A stretch of DNA of 61,708 nucleotides, filler included, from Sphacelaria rigidula (taxonomy: Eukaryota), in assembly GCA_964200075.2 (NCBI GenBank). It is 9 parts of 9 records of this genome, joined end to end, with 100 filler letters (N's around TTAATTAATTAA, not from the genome) between each part and the next. Parts side by side here need not be neighbours in the genome. Positions count along the whole stretch, not along the records: positions 1 to 6,768 come from CAXNAA020018174.1; positions 6,869 to 13,636 come from CAXNAA020018175.1; 7 more parts are not named here. The stretch is one strand, 5' to 3'. Each line of letters opens with the position of its first letter. The first letter of the stretch is position 1. Both the position numbers and the translations under genes were made by a program. The notes below the pieces were generated by a model. The model saw nothing but the letters and a program-made list of their open reading frames with translations, searched no databases and was not told the DNA's origin. Shown here in pieces: positions 1 through 11,625 of this stretch.

Positions 1-1443
1 CTCGTCCCGACGCCCGTGACCAGAAGGGGGTGGGGGAGGGGGGGGGGGAGCGGGGCGGGGGGGGGGTTCGGTTACCACGTCTCGTCACGGTTTGTATTCA
101 TCTCAAACAATAGGAGTCGAGAGTACCCGACACAAGTTTCGAGAAATAATATTATCCACGACCAATTTCGAACGATGCGGGCTCACCGGTCTTTGGGGTC
201 CTACGAGTGTACCGCCCCCGGTTCTTGCTCTTTGATATTTTCGTCCGGCCGAACCGACCCGGATTATTATAACGGACAATCGAAGGCCTTCATTTTTTCC
301 AATTTCTCGATATTTGTTGCGCTTCTGCTGAGAAATCGTGTTTTGGGATCATATACGTTCAATAACACCCCTTCGATAAACAACGGGGTTTTACTCAGTA
401 ATATTCCGACAACACAAAATTGGCAGATGTGTCCTAAATACGGTCTGCTTCTTTTTCTAGCGCCTACCTACCAGCTCTTGAACTGTCGAGTGAACGTGGC
501 AAACCGCCTGGGAAAAACGATTGAGTGAACACCATATTCAGAGTTATTTAACTGCCGTACCCATATACCCTATGGAACATACCCTTGGAAAATAATTTCA
601 AAATTGACGTCAACGGCATTTCACGATACAGATCGTATAATATACATTTTTTATAGGCATGATACTGCTGTATCGTGAAACATTGTCCAAGCCCGCCAAT
701 CTTTCGGAATGAATACCTGTTTCTGCCCCAGGTCTGAGTCGCACACCATTTCCCAATATCTGCGCAATATGCATGAACTCTTCTCGCAGTTGCTTTTGCT
801 CAGTAGGTGATGAAGTTTATTTTGCTGAAGTGTCTATCGAGAGCGAGGATCCGAAGCAAGAATCTTGGCATACCGCATATTGATCAATCAATCAATACGT
901 CGCGCGAACGTGACAAATTGGGTGCACAAGTTGGAGACGCCGTATTGCCCCCGTGGTATCTTTCCAAATCCGCTTTCTGTGCTCGACTCACGTGACTCAC
1001 ATTACTCTCGTGAGCTCGTCTCACCTCAGAATCCCCCCTGTATCCGCTTATCTGGCATAAGATCCGATCAGCCGCCCAGCGGTACTACTGTACTGTGCGC
1101 ACACGCCCCACTTCGTCTGCTGTGAGAAAGATACGGTTGACTCTGCTTTTTTTGGTATTTTGGAATTTACTTGGGTCTTCGATTCTGACCCGCGACTGTT
1201 TGACACTGCTTCGAAAGTATCCAACCAGAGATAGGTAATGTTGCTGATCTAATGCCGAGATGATGATTTTTTACCTTATGCTTTGATTTTATTGTTGGGA
1301 GAAGAGGGAGGTGCGGGGCGGGGGCGGGGGCGGGGGCGGGGCGGGGGGGGGGGGGATTAATAATAAAAATTAGAAGTGGGCCGAAGAGGGGGCGTGATTT
1401 TGTAGGGCAAGGGAAANNNNNNNNCGTGGTGGGGGGGGGGGGT

Positions 1444-1478
<35 letters not shown>

Positions 1479-4029
1479 GGGGGGGGGGGGGGGGGATTCA
1501 ATATCAATATTAGAAGTCGGCCGATCAGCGAGTCTGACTTTGTCCGGCAAGGCAAATATTACGTCCAAAAAAACACGCGCGGTGATGCGCCCTTGAGTTG
1601 CCTGACGAAAGACATCTCCATGCAATCACTCCGCCATCCGCAGGCTCCTGTGCTTACGCTACTACGACTTGCGCTTCTCGTTCAGCTTTCAAGCAAAAGT
1701 TTGCTGTCTCCATTCTTACTTTAACCAGGTAAGTTAGAGTGTGGCAACCTTTCTACTTCATGACGTAAGCGCATACGATATGTTGCGCCACCGTTTGTTC
1801 TGATAACATTATCTGCCGCAATGGCGCCGGCGGTGTTTCTTGCTGGACACCTTCTTGGGTTCAATCATGTTAGCGCCCGCAGCCTGCAACGAGACCTGAC
1901 AGTCCCGTGTAAGATGCTGATATCGTTGACGAGGAAGATATCCTAGGGTATCCGAGCGCTGAAAGTGGAGGATCAGAGCGTAGCGCGATCTGAGGTTTGT
2001 GGATCGGGACGAATCGTTACAAAATGCAGCTGGTCTGAAACGGATTACGTTAAAGTGGGAATCGGATTCGCCATAATCGGGTACACATGGTTGATTGTCG
2101 GAACCGGAAGATGGGAGACAGCTGTCCAGTAATTCAGATAGAACTGCTCACAGCACAAGCAGCGTCCATACAGACTCACGAGAGGAGCAAACAGGGAGCT
2201 CATACTAGCATGTGGTCGAATTACTCCCAATAGAACTTTCTCGGAAACTTACAAGTTTGAAATGACGCCAACCGTAACCCTAACCCCAATCTCAACCCAA
2301 GGCATGTAGTGCCTCAAGTTCAAAGTGGCGGGGTTTTTTTTAGGTGCTGCTCTTCGATAGAACTCGAAGGTACTACCGTCGGTAAAATTTGGTACAAAAA
2401 ACAGATCGCCCTCAAAATACAGTGCCCAGGCTATAGCTGGTAGATACCCCCTTTTATCAGGAGGATGTTATTTTTGCTGTAATTATTTCCGCACATTAGT
2501 CCGATCTCGCTAACCTGTGGTCACAGACGGAGGCTCGTCTTGACAATATCGTCCCTGTCATTCCTTACAAGACATATTACCAAAAAATAAAATAAGAAGA
2601 GACGGCATGAAATGACCATGAACACACAGTATTTCGGCTCTAGGGCGATGAGTAGGTATGACATGAAAAATATAAAAACACAAGCCTTTTCATTTCTTCA
2701 AAAATGCGATCGGGACCAGCTCAATCGACCGAAAATACCGAAGAATCAGAATCTGAGCCGAAAAGTGGCGGGACCCCCGATGACCAGTCTGCCCGTAAGT
2801 CGCTCACGAATTAATACAGTTTTTTTTTTTTTTTGGAAAGTGGAGCAGATACTAGTATCTTCATATCCCCAATGTGATGAGCTGTGGCAAGCGAAAGAAC
2901 CTAAGAAAATCCCCAATTACAAATAAATTACCAAATATCCTACTTTGAACGTGAGGTACCGTACGAAGAACCCCCGGCAAGCGGAGTGCAAAGGATGCCC
3001 TAGGCAAAGTCCGCATTCTTATATTTTTCCCCCTTCGTGCTACACCCTACCCGTAATAGTACTTGGTGCATTTTTATCGTGGTTTACAACGATGTTCAGC
3101 TGGCGTTGCTATACGAACTCGCCACCACCATTGCGTAAGATTACGGCGTATGACACCCCATTCACCCGCTGTCTCGAAGAGCACGATACTGCAACCCCCC
3201 TGGTTCTGGGTCTGTTCTGGGGATGTTTTATGCCATCACCTACGGCATTTGCGGTAACCACCCACACAAAGCGTGAAATGGGCGCCACCTCAACAACAGA
3301 CCCGTTCCCCTTCGCCGCGCCGCCGCGTAGCAACCCTCAGTCAGTTCCTGGTTTTTAGGTCAGCTCAACCTGTACCTTAACGCTTGATCTCGGGTCTGTT
3401 GTAAGATCTCCAGGGTCGACGAGCTGTTGAATCGGCATGCCTTCAGTGTTTTGAGATGATAACTGAAGAAAGATACTAATTCCAACAAATCACCTCCTCT
3501 GAATGGTCAAAGGGTTAACGGTGAGTTCAAAGTTGCGAAGTTTTCATCGGATTCTTCATTTTCCAACCAGCTGGAAAAATGGAAAAACCGACAGCAAAAC
3601 CAGAGTTACATGCTCGAACTTATAAGCCGCTTGGGTACACATAGTACTTTCCACATTATATCATACGGTGTCATGCCAACAGCGCAAGAGCCAAATCATG
3701 ACCACTCCGAAAAACAGCAAAGTAATATACATAAATATATATATTTAAAGTGCCGTTGTGATGTGCGCACTACTGTATCGGGGCTGTGCATGCCCCCAGA
3801 AGTCGGCATGAATGCAAAGAAGCAAATCTGGAAATAAGTGGGATAATTATTTCGGTGCCCCCCAATCCGCAAATCCGGAAATAAATGAGAAAACGAACAT
3901 ATATGTTACAATGGGGAGGGGGGGGGGGGGGGGGGCCCATTTTTTGGTTGGCTTGTCTGGTTTACCATTGCCCCGCCACCNNNNNNNNNNAAAAAATGAG
4001 AAAAAAAAAGGAAAAGGGAAATTTTGTGT

Positions 4030-4117
4030 GGGGGGGGGGGGGGGGGGGGGGGGGTTACTCATTTGTTGCTTGCCTTGATCGTTTGACCATTGACCACGCA
4101 TCCCTTTCGAGACGGAG
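4030..4117 (-). repeat. Poly(G)/poly(C)-associated ~75-bp dispersed element (family PG), copy
   Basis: G-run followed by TACTCATTTGTTGCTTGCCTTGATCGTTTGACCATTGACCACGCATCCCTTTCGAGACGGAG; the same core occurs at about 11 other sites. Confidence 0.9.
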
Positions 4118-4406
4118 TCATGATGTAACTTTCAACTTTCCAAAAGTGCGCGTACAAAGAAAGTAAAAATCGAAAAAATGTCGCCGAAAATCGCCCACAA
4201 ATGGGAAGAAAACAAAGTAAAAAACGTGAATCTGTTGTCCTCCATCGTCAGAGGGTCTTGACGAATAATACCACCGCGACATCACCCGCCATGAAAAAAA
4301 AAAAGGAGGGATACAAAGAACTTCGGCGCAAAGCAGTGAGGGCGTGGATTCGGGGTGCTCTTGGGTGGTTGGAAGGACGGCAGCGGGGTACTGAATAACC
4401 AGCGCC

Positions 4407-4571
4407 ATGGCATCCGCGGGCCAAGCTACTGCGTCGCAGAAGAAGGGCGAGGCGGTGGTGAACACGGTTGCCCAAAAAACGAGGCAACGGGCGCAGCAGC
4501 TACGGCATCCTGCTCTGGAATTCGCGATGGCAGCCACGGCCACCTCTATGGCGTGTGTACTGTCCAACCCG
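4407..4571 (+). CDS. OAC1: Mitochondrial carrier (OAC1/SLC25A34-35-like), exon 1
   Basis: ATG 4407; MASAG...ALEFAMAATATSMACVLSNP; GTAAGC donor at 4572 (phase 0). Splicing to 5937 rebuilds the carrier signature [16 protein letters not shown]. Confidence 0.85.
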
Positions 4572-4677
4572 GTAAGCTGTGTCATGTATTTTGTCTGTCT
4601 TTTTTTCGTAATATACATTTTTTCTTTCCTCGGGATGAGTGTGTAGGCTCAAGGGATCAAGCCGTGCCTTCTTCCCC

Positions 4678-4703
4678 GGTACCGTACCGTACCGTACCGT
4701 ACC
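4678..4703. repeat. (GTACC)n microsatellite, intronic
   Basis: About 5 tandem GTACC units. Confidence 0.9.
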
Positions 4704-4904
4704 GCTCATATCTCCGACATTTTGGTATCGCAGATGGGACCACCCTCACCGCACCTCGTCGTCGAATCCCTTTACCTCACGTCCCCCCGACCTCACGTCC
4801 CTACGTTCTGAGCAACGGGTATCAGACACACGGTAGGCACTTCCCATGTACATAGTGAGGAGTAAAACGGCTGGTGTGGTGTAACGCAGAGGGCTTATCT
4901 TTTT

Positions 4905-4945
4905 TCGTCGTCGTCGTCGTCGTCGTGTGTGTGTGTGTGTGTGTG
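4905..4945. repeat. Compound (TCG)n-(TG)n microsatellite, intronic
   Basis: tcgtcgtcg... directly followed by tgtgtg... Confidence 0.9.
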
Positions 4946-4969
4946 GTGCTTCCCTGCGTACATGTATTT

Positions 4970-5110
4970 TGATTGCTTAGATTGGTTGATTGAGTTATTG
5001 TCGCACTTTAATCAACCCCCCAGGGGTCCAGCCTGTGGTCACATAATAGACGTACCCAAGAAAAAATCGAAAAGTGAAACACTCGCTGAAGAAAAATAAA
5101 AAACAGAAAA
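4970..5110 (-). mobile_element. Non-LTR retroposon 3'-end remnant with (CAAT)n-type tail
   Basis: Reverse complement resembles 41717-41771 (TGACCAYGGCTGGATCC...CAATCAATCAA); a second copy lies at 5491-5610. Confidence 0.55.
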
Positions 5111-5490
5111 AGTCAAATAGAACGGCACAGTAGACGAAGACGTAATATATATATATATATTACATATAAATATAGAGGAAAGAAAGTCAACAAAAACAAA
5201 GCGTATGTGTACAGTAATACATATCCCACCGAGCTGTGACTGTATTGTACGGTACCTACACAGGCACGAGACTCGTTTTCATGCTCTTGCGTGTGCTGTG
5301 CAGATGGGCATGTCTTGAGCGTGTGTACTTTTGAACGTACGGGGAACGTGCTTTGTACGTGCTCGCTCAGCCCCGTCACCTATAGGTGGGAGAGGACCAA
5401 CATCGCGGTGCTGCCGCACTGCAACGTTCTGAGATACAATCACCAAAACGCATTCCGCGTGGGGTGCTCTCCTTTTTTTTTGCTGCACTA

Positions 5491-5610
5491 TGATTGATCC
5501 ATTGATCAGGTCGTCGTACTTTAGCTGATCTCCCAGGGATCCAGTCGTGGCCGTATGATAAACCTAACCGAGATGAAAAACAAAATGGAAACACTCGCCG
5601 AAGAAATGTG
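5491..5610 (-). mobile_element. Non-LTR retroposon 3'-end remnant with (CAAT)n-type tail
   Basis: Diverged paralog of 4970-5110 and 41717-41771 (gatctcccagggatccagtcgtggcc ... gaaacactcgccgaagaaa). Confidence 0.55.
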
Positions 5611-5936
5611 TACATGTACTCATGATGGAGTGCCCACGTCAAGCATTTCTGTTTTTGTATCCAGGCTTTCCCGCTGCTGCATTGTGCGTCGGTATATACG
5701 TATGTACACCATTGGATAATGACTTTTTAACTGCACATTTTTCCGTGAAAGGGTACGGATGTATACAGACGGTGGCAACATATGATTCTTGACTTCAAGG
5801 TTGCCGAAACTTTCTCTGTTCTTTTTTTTTATCCAAGACTGTCAAAAAAAGGAAAACATTGTCCCATGACCGCATGTCAGTCATGATTAACGGTGCCGAT
5901 CGATATACGTATATATACATACGCTGCACAGTATAG

Positions 5937-6119
5937 ATGGAGGTCGTGAAAACCCGGATGCAGCTGCAAGGCGAACTGGTTCTCAGGTCGTCCTCGACCG
6001 GACGAGGACAGAAACCGACCAAGGTGTATCGCAACGCGCCGCACGCGTTCTACAAGATCTGCAGGGACGAAGGACTGAAGGGGATACAGGCGGGTCTCGT
6101 CCCCGGACTGCTGTACCAG
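5937..6119 (+). CDS. OAC1: Mitochondrial carrier (OAC1/SLC25A34-35-like), exon 2; gene continues off the contig
   Basis: TAG acceptor 5934-5936; [14 protein letters not shown]...[33 protein letters not shown] donor at 6120. Contains the Px[DE]xx[KR]xR and EG..G motifs of carrier repeat 1. Confidence 0.92.
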
Positions 6120-6707
6120 GTACGCGCCTGCCCCCCTGGCCTCCTCCCCCCCCCGTTCCAATAGACTATTATTTTCCAATTCATTATCCAGAGGTCGGGC
6201 TGTTGATTCCCGAGTATGCCGCAATTCTCGTGCTCGACACTTCGTGCGAAACTTCATATTTGGGAAAGTTATTTCTTCTGCATCGGGTAGGTGTGATGCA
6301 CTGTTCTTGTCATCCCCCCTTATGCTTCAAGCCAAAGGGCATTTACACTGTTTTTGCACCGTGTTGTGTAGAAGTACTCGATCCACGGGGCCAAGCTCAG
6401 GCTGTGGTGTGCAAGGAAGGAAACAGTCGGGGCGGCTGGTGTGTCTGTCGAATCTCGATTGACGTGCACGGTGGAGAACCAATAGCGCGCGTAGCACTCG
6501 CGACCACTCCTCACGAACTGCGTGCATACATTAACCTGCAATCTTCGCTAGGGGGTAAAAAACAACGTGTAAGTACTCGGACGAGATCCCGAGATATTGT
6601 GGCTGAGTCTGTACAATAAGGGGGTGCTTGAAGGAGAAGAAGAAGTCACTGTCTGTGGCAAGTGTCTGGAGGACCTTGGAATCCGTCTGAACTTGCAGAG
6701 ATTTGTT

Positions 6708-6768
6708 GGGGGGGGGGGGGGGAGGGGGGCGTACTCATTTGTTGCTTGCCTTGGTGATTTGACCGTTG
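6708..6768 (-). repeat. Family PG element, truncated by contig end
   Basis: G-run + CGTACTCATTTGTTGCTTGCCTTGGTGATTTGACC. Confidence 0.85.
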
Positions 6769-6868
6769 NNNNNNNNNNNNNNNNNNNNNNNNNNNNNNNN
6801 NNNNNNNNNNNNTTAATTAATTAANNNNNNNNNNNNNNNNNNNNNNNNNNNNNNNNNNNNNNNNNNNN
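6769..6868. other. Artificial contig-joining linker (N44-TTAATTAATTAA-N44)
   Basis: Exactly 100 nt, with stops in all six frames at 6813-6824; the identical linker recurs eight times. Confidence 0.98.
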
Positions 6869-6936
6869 GAAAGGGATGCGTGGTCAATGGTCAAACGACT
6901 AAGGCAAGCAACAAATGAGTACGCCCCCCCCGCCCC
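6869..6936 (+). repeat. Family PG element at contig start
   Basis: GAAAGGGATGCGTGGTCAATGGTCAAACGACTAAGGCAAGCAACAAATGAGTACG + C-run. Confidence 0.9.
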
Positions 6937-7009
6937 TCCGGCGGTCGTAGGATGTTTTTTCCACATAACACTCAATAAATAGCCGTTTTGGGGTGACTTG
7001 GGTGAGGTA

Positions 7010-7256
7010 TGTGGCGAAATCATGCCGTCACGTCGAGTATATAATGGATCCTGGATGATGACCAGGGGACAACGGCATCCTGTGGATGATAACCCTTGCT
7101 GTGTAGCCCGGCCTGACGGTACGGGGCTGCAGCTATTTACTCCGGGAATGATAAGGTGTTGTGAAGGCTGACAACTAAGACCTTGAGGCCAATGGAACTG
7201 GGGAGCCCGTCAACAGCATTTAGACGATGCAGTACTAGCAACCTGGTGGCGTCACA
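7010..7256 (+). repeat. 5' LTR (247 bp)
   Basis: TGTGGCG...CGTCACA imperfect terminal IR; about 12 substitutions and 1 indel versus the 3' LTR (manual count). Confidence 0.95.
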
Positions 7257-7571
7257 ATATCGATACTAGTGCTAGGAGTGCTAGGAGTACTAGGAGTGCT
7301 ATCGTTAGGAGACTGCTGGGAGGTTTTCAGCAACCAGGAGTCTGGACAGCTTGTGAGAGCTTCGAGCATAGAGCTTCACGGATGCGTGAGGAGGTTTCAA
7401 GCTGAGGTAGCTGCAAAGGCGGCTGGGCCGTGATTGATCCAGACTGGAGACTTGCTTGAGCTGCGTGCAGCGGGTGTTTATAGAACCCCAGGGCTGTGTG
7501 GAGCGGCGGAGAAAGCAGGTAGGAATTGAAGTTCGAGAAGGTTTCAGAAATCTTCGATTTTCAGCTCGAGA

Positions 7572-9780
7572 ATGTCGACTACCGGTTTACCGGCAATAGA
7601 GCCATCGGAGGCGACTGTAACCTCAGCCGTTTTAGGGGAAGAGTTGCGGCCACCCAGTTATGGGAATTTATATTCTGAGGGTGTTTCTCGTTCGTTTTAC
7701 ACGAAATACGTGGAATACAAAAGGAGGGTGGAGCATGCGAATGCGGGGGGTGCGGTGAGGCATCAGGTGGTTTCTATGGCGCAACTAGTGCCTATCCCCC
7801 TCCAACGCGTCTTTGCGAGAAGGTTCCATGAAAAGCATACCATAACGCCGCTGCAGTTGGCCGCAGCGATAAAGAAGCACGCAGGGCATGCGGCAGGCGC
7901 GGAGGTAGGGCTTACACAGGCGTCCGCGGTCGTGGCGAGGGCTATGGCAATGAACCACAAGAGGAGGACCATGCGTGAGAGGGTGGAGCCCATCATGGGT
8001 GTGTTGGAGACGTATTTTTCGGGAAATCCCAACGTGGAGATGGTTTATCGTTCCTCCGATGGGAAATTTCGCCCAGGGCCCACTGCGGTGGCCACGAAAG
8101 CGATGGTGGAGGGTCTGGCACTGGCGGAATTCAAGCAGGCCATGCTTGTACAGTTACAGCACGAAAGAAACTGGAAGTCGGACCCGTATTCAGTTATGGA
8201 TACCGTGGTGGCTGAAGCTCAGGCATGACGGCGGGTCGAAGTATTCGGAAAATCATCCACTTCGTCGCCACAGTCTTCCAGCTCGCGTAACCGCGGATCA
8301 AAATCCGCAGGCAGTGCCGCCGCCAATATTACTTGCTACCAGTGTGGCCAGGTAGGTCACATCGCACGGAAGTGCCCAACGCCTTCTGAGGGGGAGTCTG
8401 GGCAGAAAAGTGCCACGCGCCCTCGCAATCACAAAGGAGGGAAAGGTCATCGGGGTGGTGGCGGAGGCGTATCATCCAGCGGTGGAGGTGTACAGTCGAG
8501 CTCCCAACAGCAGCCGCAGCAGGGGCAGCAGCGTCGGCAGGGTTCCGGTTCTGAGTCTTGTTCAGCCGCAGGGGCTGCTGCTCCGCAACGGGTGATGCAG
8601 GTGGGACCGACCTCTCTAGTGTCGGGCTCGGTGCCGGCGCCGCCGGCAGCAGAGCAGGGCGAGACGCCTGCGGCTGAGCCGGCCGGATTTCAGCTGAAAT
8701 TTGGATCCGCTGCTGCGTCGGCCGGAGTGCTGCTGAAATTTGGTTCTGCGGGCTGGGCTTCGTACCCGCCAGCGGTGTCGGTGACCCCAGCGGGGGCGTC
8801 TATGCCTGCGCTGCACGCGCAGCCGTGGCGCCAAGTGGGGATCACGAACAATCAGTCGGCGGAGCAGGTGCCGGTCGAGTATCAAGGCAAGTATATTCCT
8901 GCAGAGCTATATCTCCCGAATCACCGGGCGCGGGGAGCAATTGCGGTAGAGGCTAAGTGGGATTCTGGCGCTCACTGGACGTGTCATGTGAGTCTGTCGG
9001 TGCAGATTGTAGAGACGTTGGAGCGTCTTCTCCCGGATGTACCGCTGCGCACTTCGTTTTTGCTTGGGGCGCGGCAGGCCGTCACCGCGTCGGGTCAGCA
9101 TCTTTACGTCACAGAGCGTACTGTTCCGCTGCAGCTGAATCTGATGACTTCCTGGGGGCCGGCTTGCCTCCGATCTCGTTTGCGATCATGCCGGGGTCGG
9201 ATGGCGTTATTCTTCTGGGGTTGCCGATGGTTCAGGATATTGGAGTCAACGCTCGGCGGTTGTGGGACTCCATGAAGAAGCGGATGTCTCCGCCTGGTCC
9301 ACACTTGGAGACGCCCGCCGTTTTGGGCTGTCGTCGCGTGAGCTTGTCGGGTGGATACTTTTCAGGAGGGTGGAGGGCAGGTAACCGAGGAGCGGAATGC
9401 GGCGGTGGAACGCTTGGTAGAGCGCGGCCCGGATATATTTATTGATCCGGCGGAAGAGGAGTCCGCTCGGAAGGTCGCGTTGGAGGAGAGCGTGACGGAT
9501 GCTGGGGCGAAAAGCCTCAGCGTCTCAAAAGCGGAGCGTCTGCGCGGTATATTGCATTGTCGCGCCAACGCGTTTCGTCGTGCGCTGCGGGGTGATCCCC
9601 CTGCGCGCGTGGAGCCCATGCGTGTTCAGCCAAAACCTGGGGCGTCCGGGGTGAAGACGAAGCCGCGGCGGTACGATCCAGTGAAGTCGAGTTGGCTGGC
9701 ATTGCGCATTGCGGCTCTTTTGGCGCTCGGGTTGGTGTTACGGAATGTGTAGGCGGGGTGGTCCAGTCCAGATATTATGG
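7572..9780 (+). pseudogene. Gypsy gag-protease-RT N-terminus, disrupted
   Basis: gag ORF 7572-8228 stops at TGA, but the frame continues to the zinc knuckle CYQCGQVGHIARKC (8334-8375) and aspartic protease DSGA (8961-8972). After frameshifts come LRGDPPARVEPMRV...WSSP, the RT start. Confidence 0.88.
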
Positions 9781-9789
9781 GGTTCCCGA

Positions 9790-10895
9790 AGAAGGCTGCA
9801 TCGCGGACGGAGGGCAGGCTGGATGAGTGGGCGGCAGCAAGGGATCTAGTGGCTCATGCCGGGACGTTGCTCCATCCTCGTCCTGATTGTCAGGTGTCGA
9901 TGTTTCCGGATGCATTTGAGTGTCATTGGGGTAGTTTTGTAACGCAGGTGTAGGATGCAGAAATGCAACAACGGTTGCCAGTTGAAGACATGACGCATGA
10001 ACCGCTGGCTTTTCTTCATGGTAATATCAAGGGCTCACAGATGCGTTGGAAATATGTTGTCCGCCGAGCAACGAAAAGACCTTCGGGCCGAAGAGGCGGA
10101 TGTGCAATCTTTCGAGTCGAATGTTGGTACTGCTATCTTGGACAATGCAAGTCTGGTTCGTGTGCATGTGCTTGGCCGAAACGTTTTGTGGATACCGAAT
10201 TCTGACAAGCAGTTGCAGGTACGTCTGATGATTTGCGCGCATATGCGCGACGCCGGGCATCGCGGTGTGGCTGCGTCGCCCGTGCGCTTGCAAGAGTTCT
10301 GTGTCTGGAAGGGGATAGAAACTCATATGCGCGAGTTTGTCCGCCAGTGTCTTCACTGTGCTGACTCGAGGGCGGGCGATGTTGTTCCCCGCCCGCTTGG
10401 CGAAACGGTCCATGGGACCACGCCGAATGACGTCGTTCATTTTAACTTCTTGTACGTGAGCGAGAGTGGCTCGCTAGCTTCCCAAGGTTTGTCGGAGGAT
10501 GCGGAGTTTCGATATATTTTGGTAATCATGGATGATTTGAGCCACTTTGTGGCTCTGGAACCAGTAGCAGTGTGTACTGCTGAATCGACTGCTGCGTCTT
10601 TGCTGAGTTGGTGCAAACATTTGGGGGTGCCCCGTGTGTGGATGAGTGATACCGACACGTATTTCAAGAATGCGATCTTGGCCCGATTGCGAGAGGCTTT
10701 GCGCGTTGATCACCAGTTTGCGGTAGCGTATTCTCCGTGGTCTAACGGTACGTGCGAACGCATGGTACAGGAAGCAGTTCGTGCTCTTCGCTCGGTTCTT
10801 CTCGAGCAGCGTAGAGCGGTTTCCGAGTGGGTGGGCGTGTTGCCGCCGGTGCAATGGGCGCTCAACACAGTGTATCGACGTCGTTACGATCGTAC
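9790..10895 (+). pseudogene. Gypsy RNase H fragment and integrase, disrupted
   Basis: LLHPRPDCQVSMFPDAFECHWGSFVTQ / HEPLAFL (RNase H); H..GH...C..C zinc domain (AHMRDAGHRG...QCLHC); rve core ILVIMDDLSHFV, WMSD, YSPWSNGTCER. Confidence 0.9.
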
Positions 10896-10998
10896 GCCGA
10901 TAGTGGGATTCAGTTGTAACTTGCTCAATCGTTTTGGCGACATTTTTTTTAGTGTCAAGCTTGTTGCTCGATTCTCGTCCAACGCGCTTTGAGGGTAC

Positions 10999-11246
10999 TA
11001 TGGCGAAATCACGCCGTCACGTCGAGTATATAGTGGATCCTGGATGATGACCAGGGGACAACGGCATCCTGTGGATGATAACCCTTGCTGTGTAGCCCAG
11101 GCCTGACGGTACCGGGCTGCAGCTGTTTACTCCGGGAATGATAGGGTGTTGTGAAGGCTGACAACTAAGAACTTGAGGCCAGTGGAACTGGGGAGTCCCT
11201 CAACAGTATTTAGACGCTGCAGTACTAGCAACCTGGTGGCGTCACA
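10999..11246 (+). repeat. 3' LTR (248 bp)
   Basis: Copy of 7010-7256; the first dinucleotide is mutated TG>TA. Confidence 0.95.
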
Positions 11247-11625
11247 GGTAGCGCCCATGATTGTTGGCCCTATCTGCCACCACAAGATGCGACGCACATT
11301 GGATGCATATTGGCGATGCAGATAGATGCCTTGAGAATGATTGAGCAAGCATTGCAGAGCATTATGGTATTTGCCTGGTCTTGTTTTAGTCGTGGAAGCG
11401 TGCTTTGCAATGTATTGCCGAAACCCACCAATATAAGTTGTCCTTGGCTCCGAAGGTATGCGAAGAATTAAAGCTTCATGAACACGCATTTATATTTTTT
11501 ATACTTTTTATTCAGATCTATTCACTACCCCGTATTATTTTGTTCATGTATGGGATTAGTAACCCCCTCCCCGAAAACTCCAGGATTCACAAAAAGGGAC
11601 ATACGGTCTCGGATTTTGTTTTTTG
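11247..11625. repeat. Unclassified interspersed repeat that hosts the Gypsy insertion
   Basis: Colinear with 36592-36960 (gcgcccatgattg..., cttggctccRaaggtatgcgaagaattaaagct, ctccaggattca). Confidence 0.8.

Larger units (their letters stand above)
7010..11246 (+). mobile_element. Ty3/Gypsy LTR retrotransposon, internally deleted and non-autonomous
   Basis: Direct LTRs 7010-7256 and 10999-11246 with TG..CA ends; TSD GGTA at 7006-7009 and 11247-11250; domain order gag-CCHC-protease-(RT start)-RNase H-integrase is the Gypsy order. Confidence 0.95.

Noticed and set aside
1310..1560. Apparent tandem repeat and poly-Pro ORFs around G-runs
   Set aside because: 1355-1416 is an error-laden copy of 1495-1557 beside an N gap and long G homopolymers, typical of read decay and an unmerged overlap.
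2271..2300. Telomere-like CCCTAA
   Set aside because: Only one perfect unit in a short degenerate tract; not a telomere.
3880..4055. Extra degraded PG copy and duplicated flank around the N10 gap
   Set aside because: Same homopolymer and gap artefact; not counted as an independent copy.
7049..7120. C/D-box-like motifs (ATGATGA...CTGA) in the LTR
   Set aside because: No convincing terminal stem or guide; short motifs expected by chance.
8226..8228. Programmed read-through at the gag TGA
   Set aside because: The stop lies upstream of the zinc knuckle in an element with other stops and frameshifts; most simply a TGG>TGA mutation.
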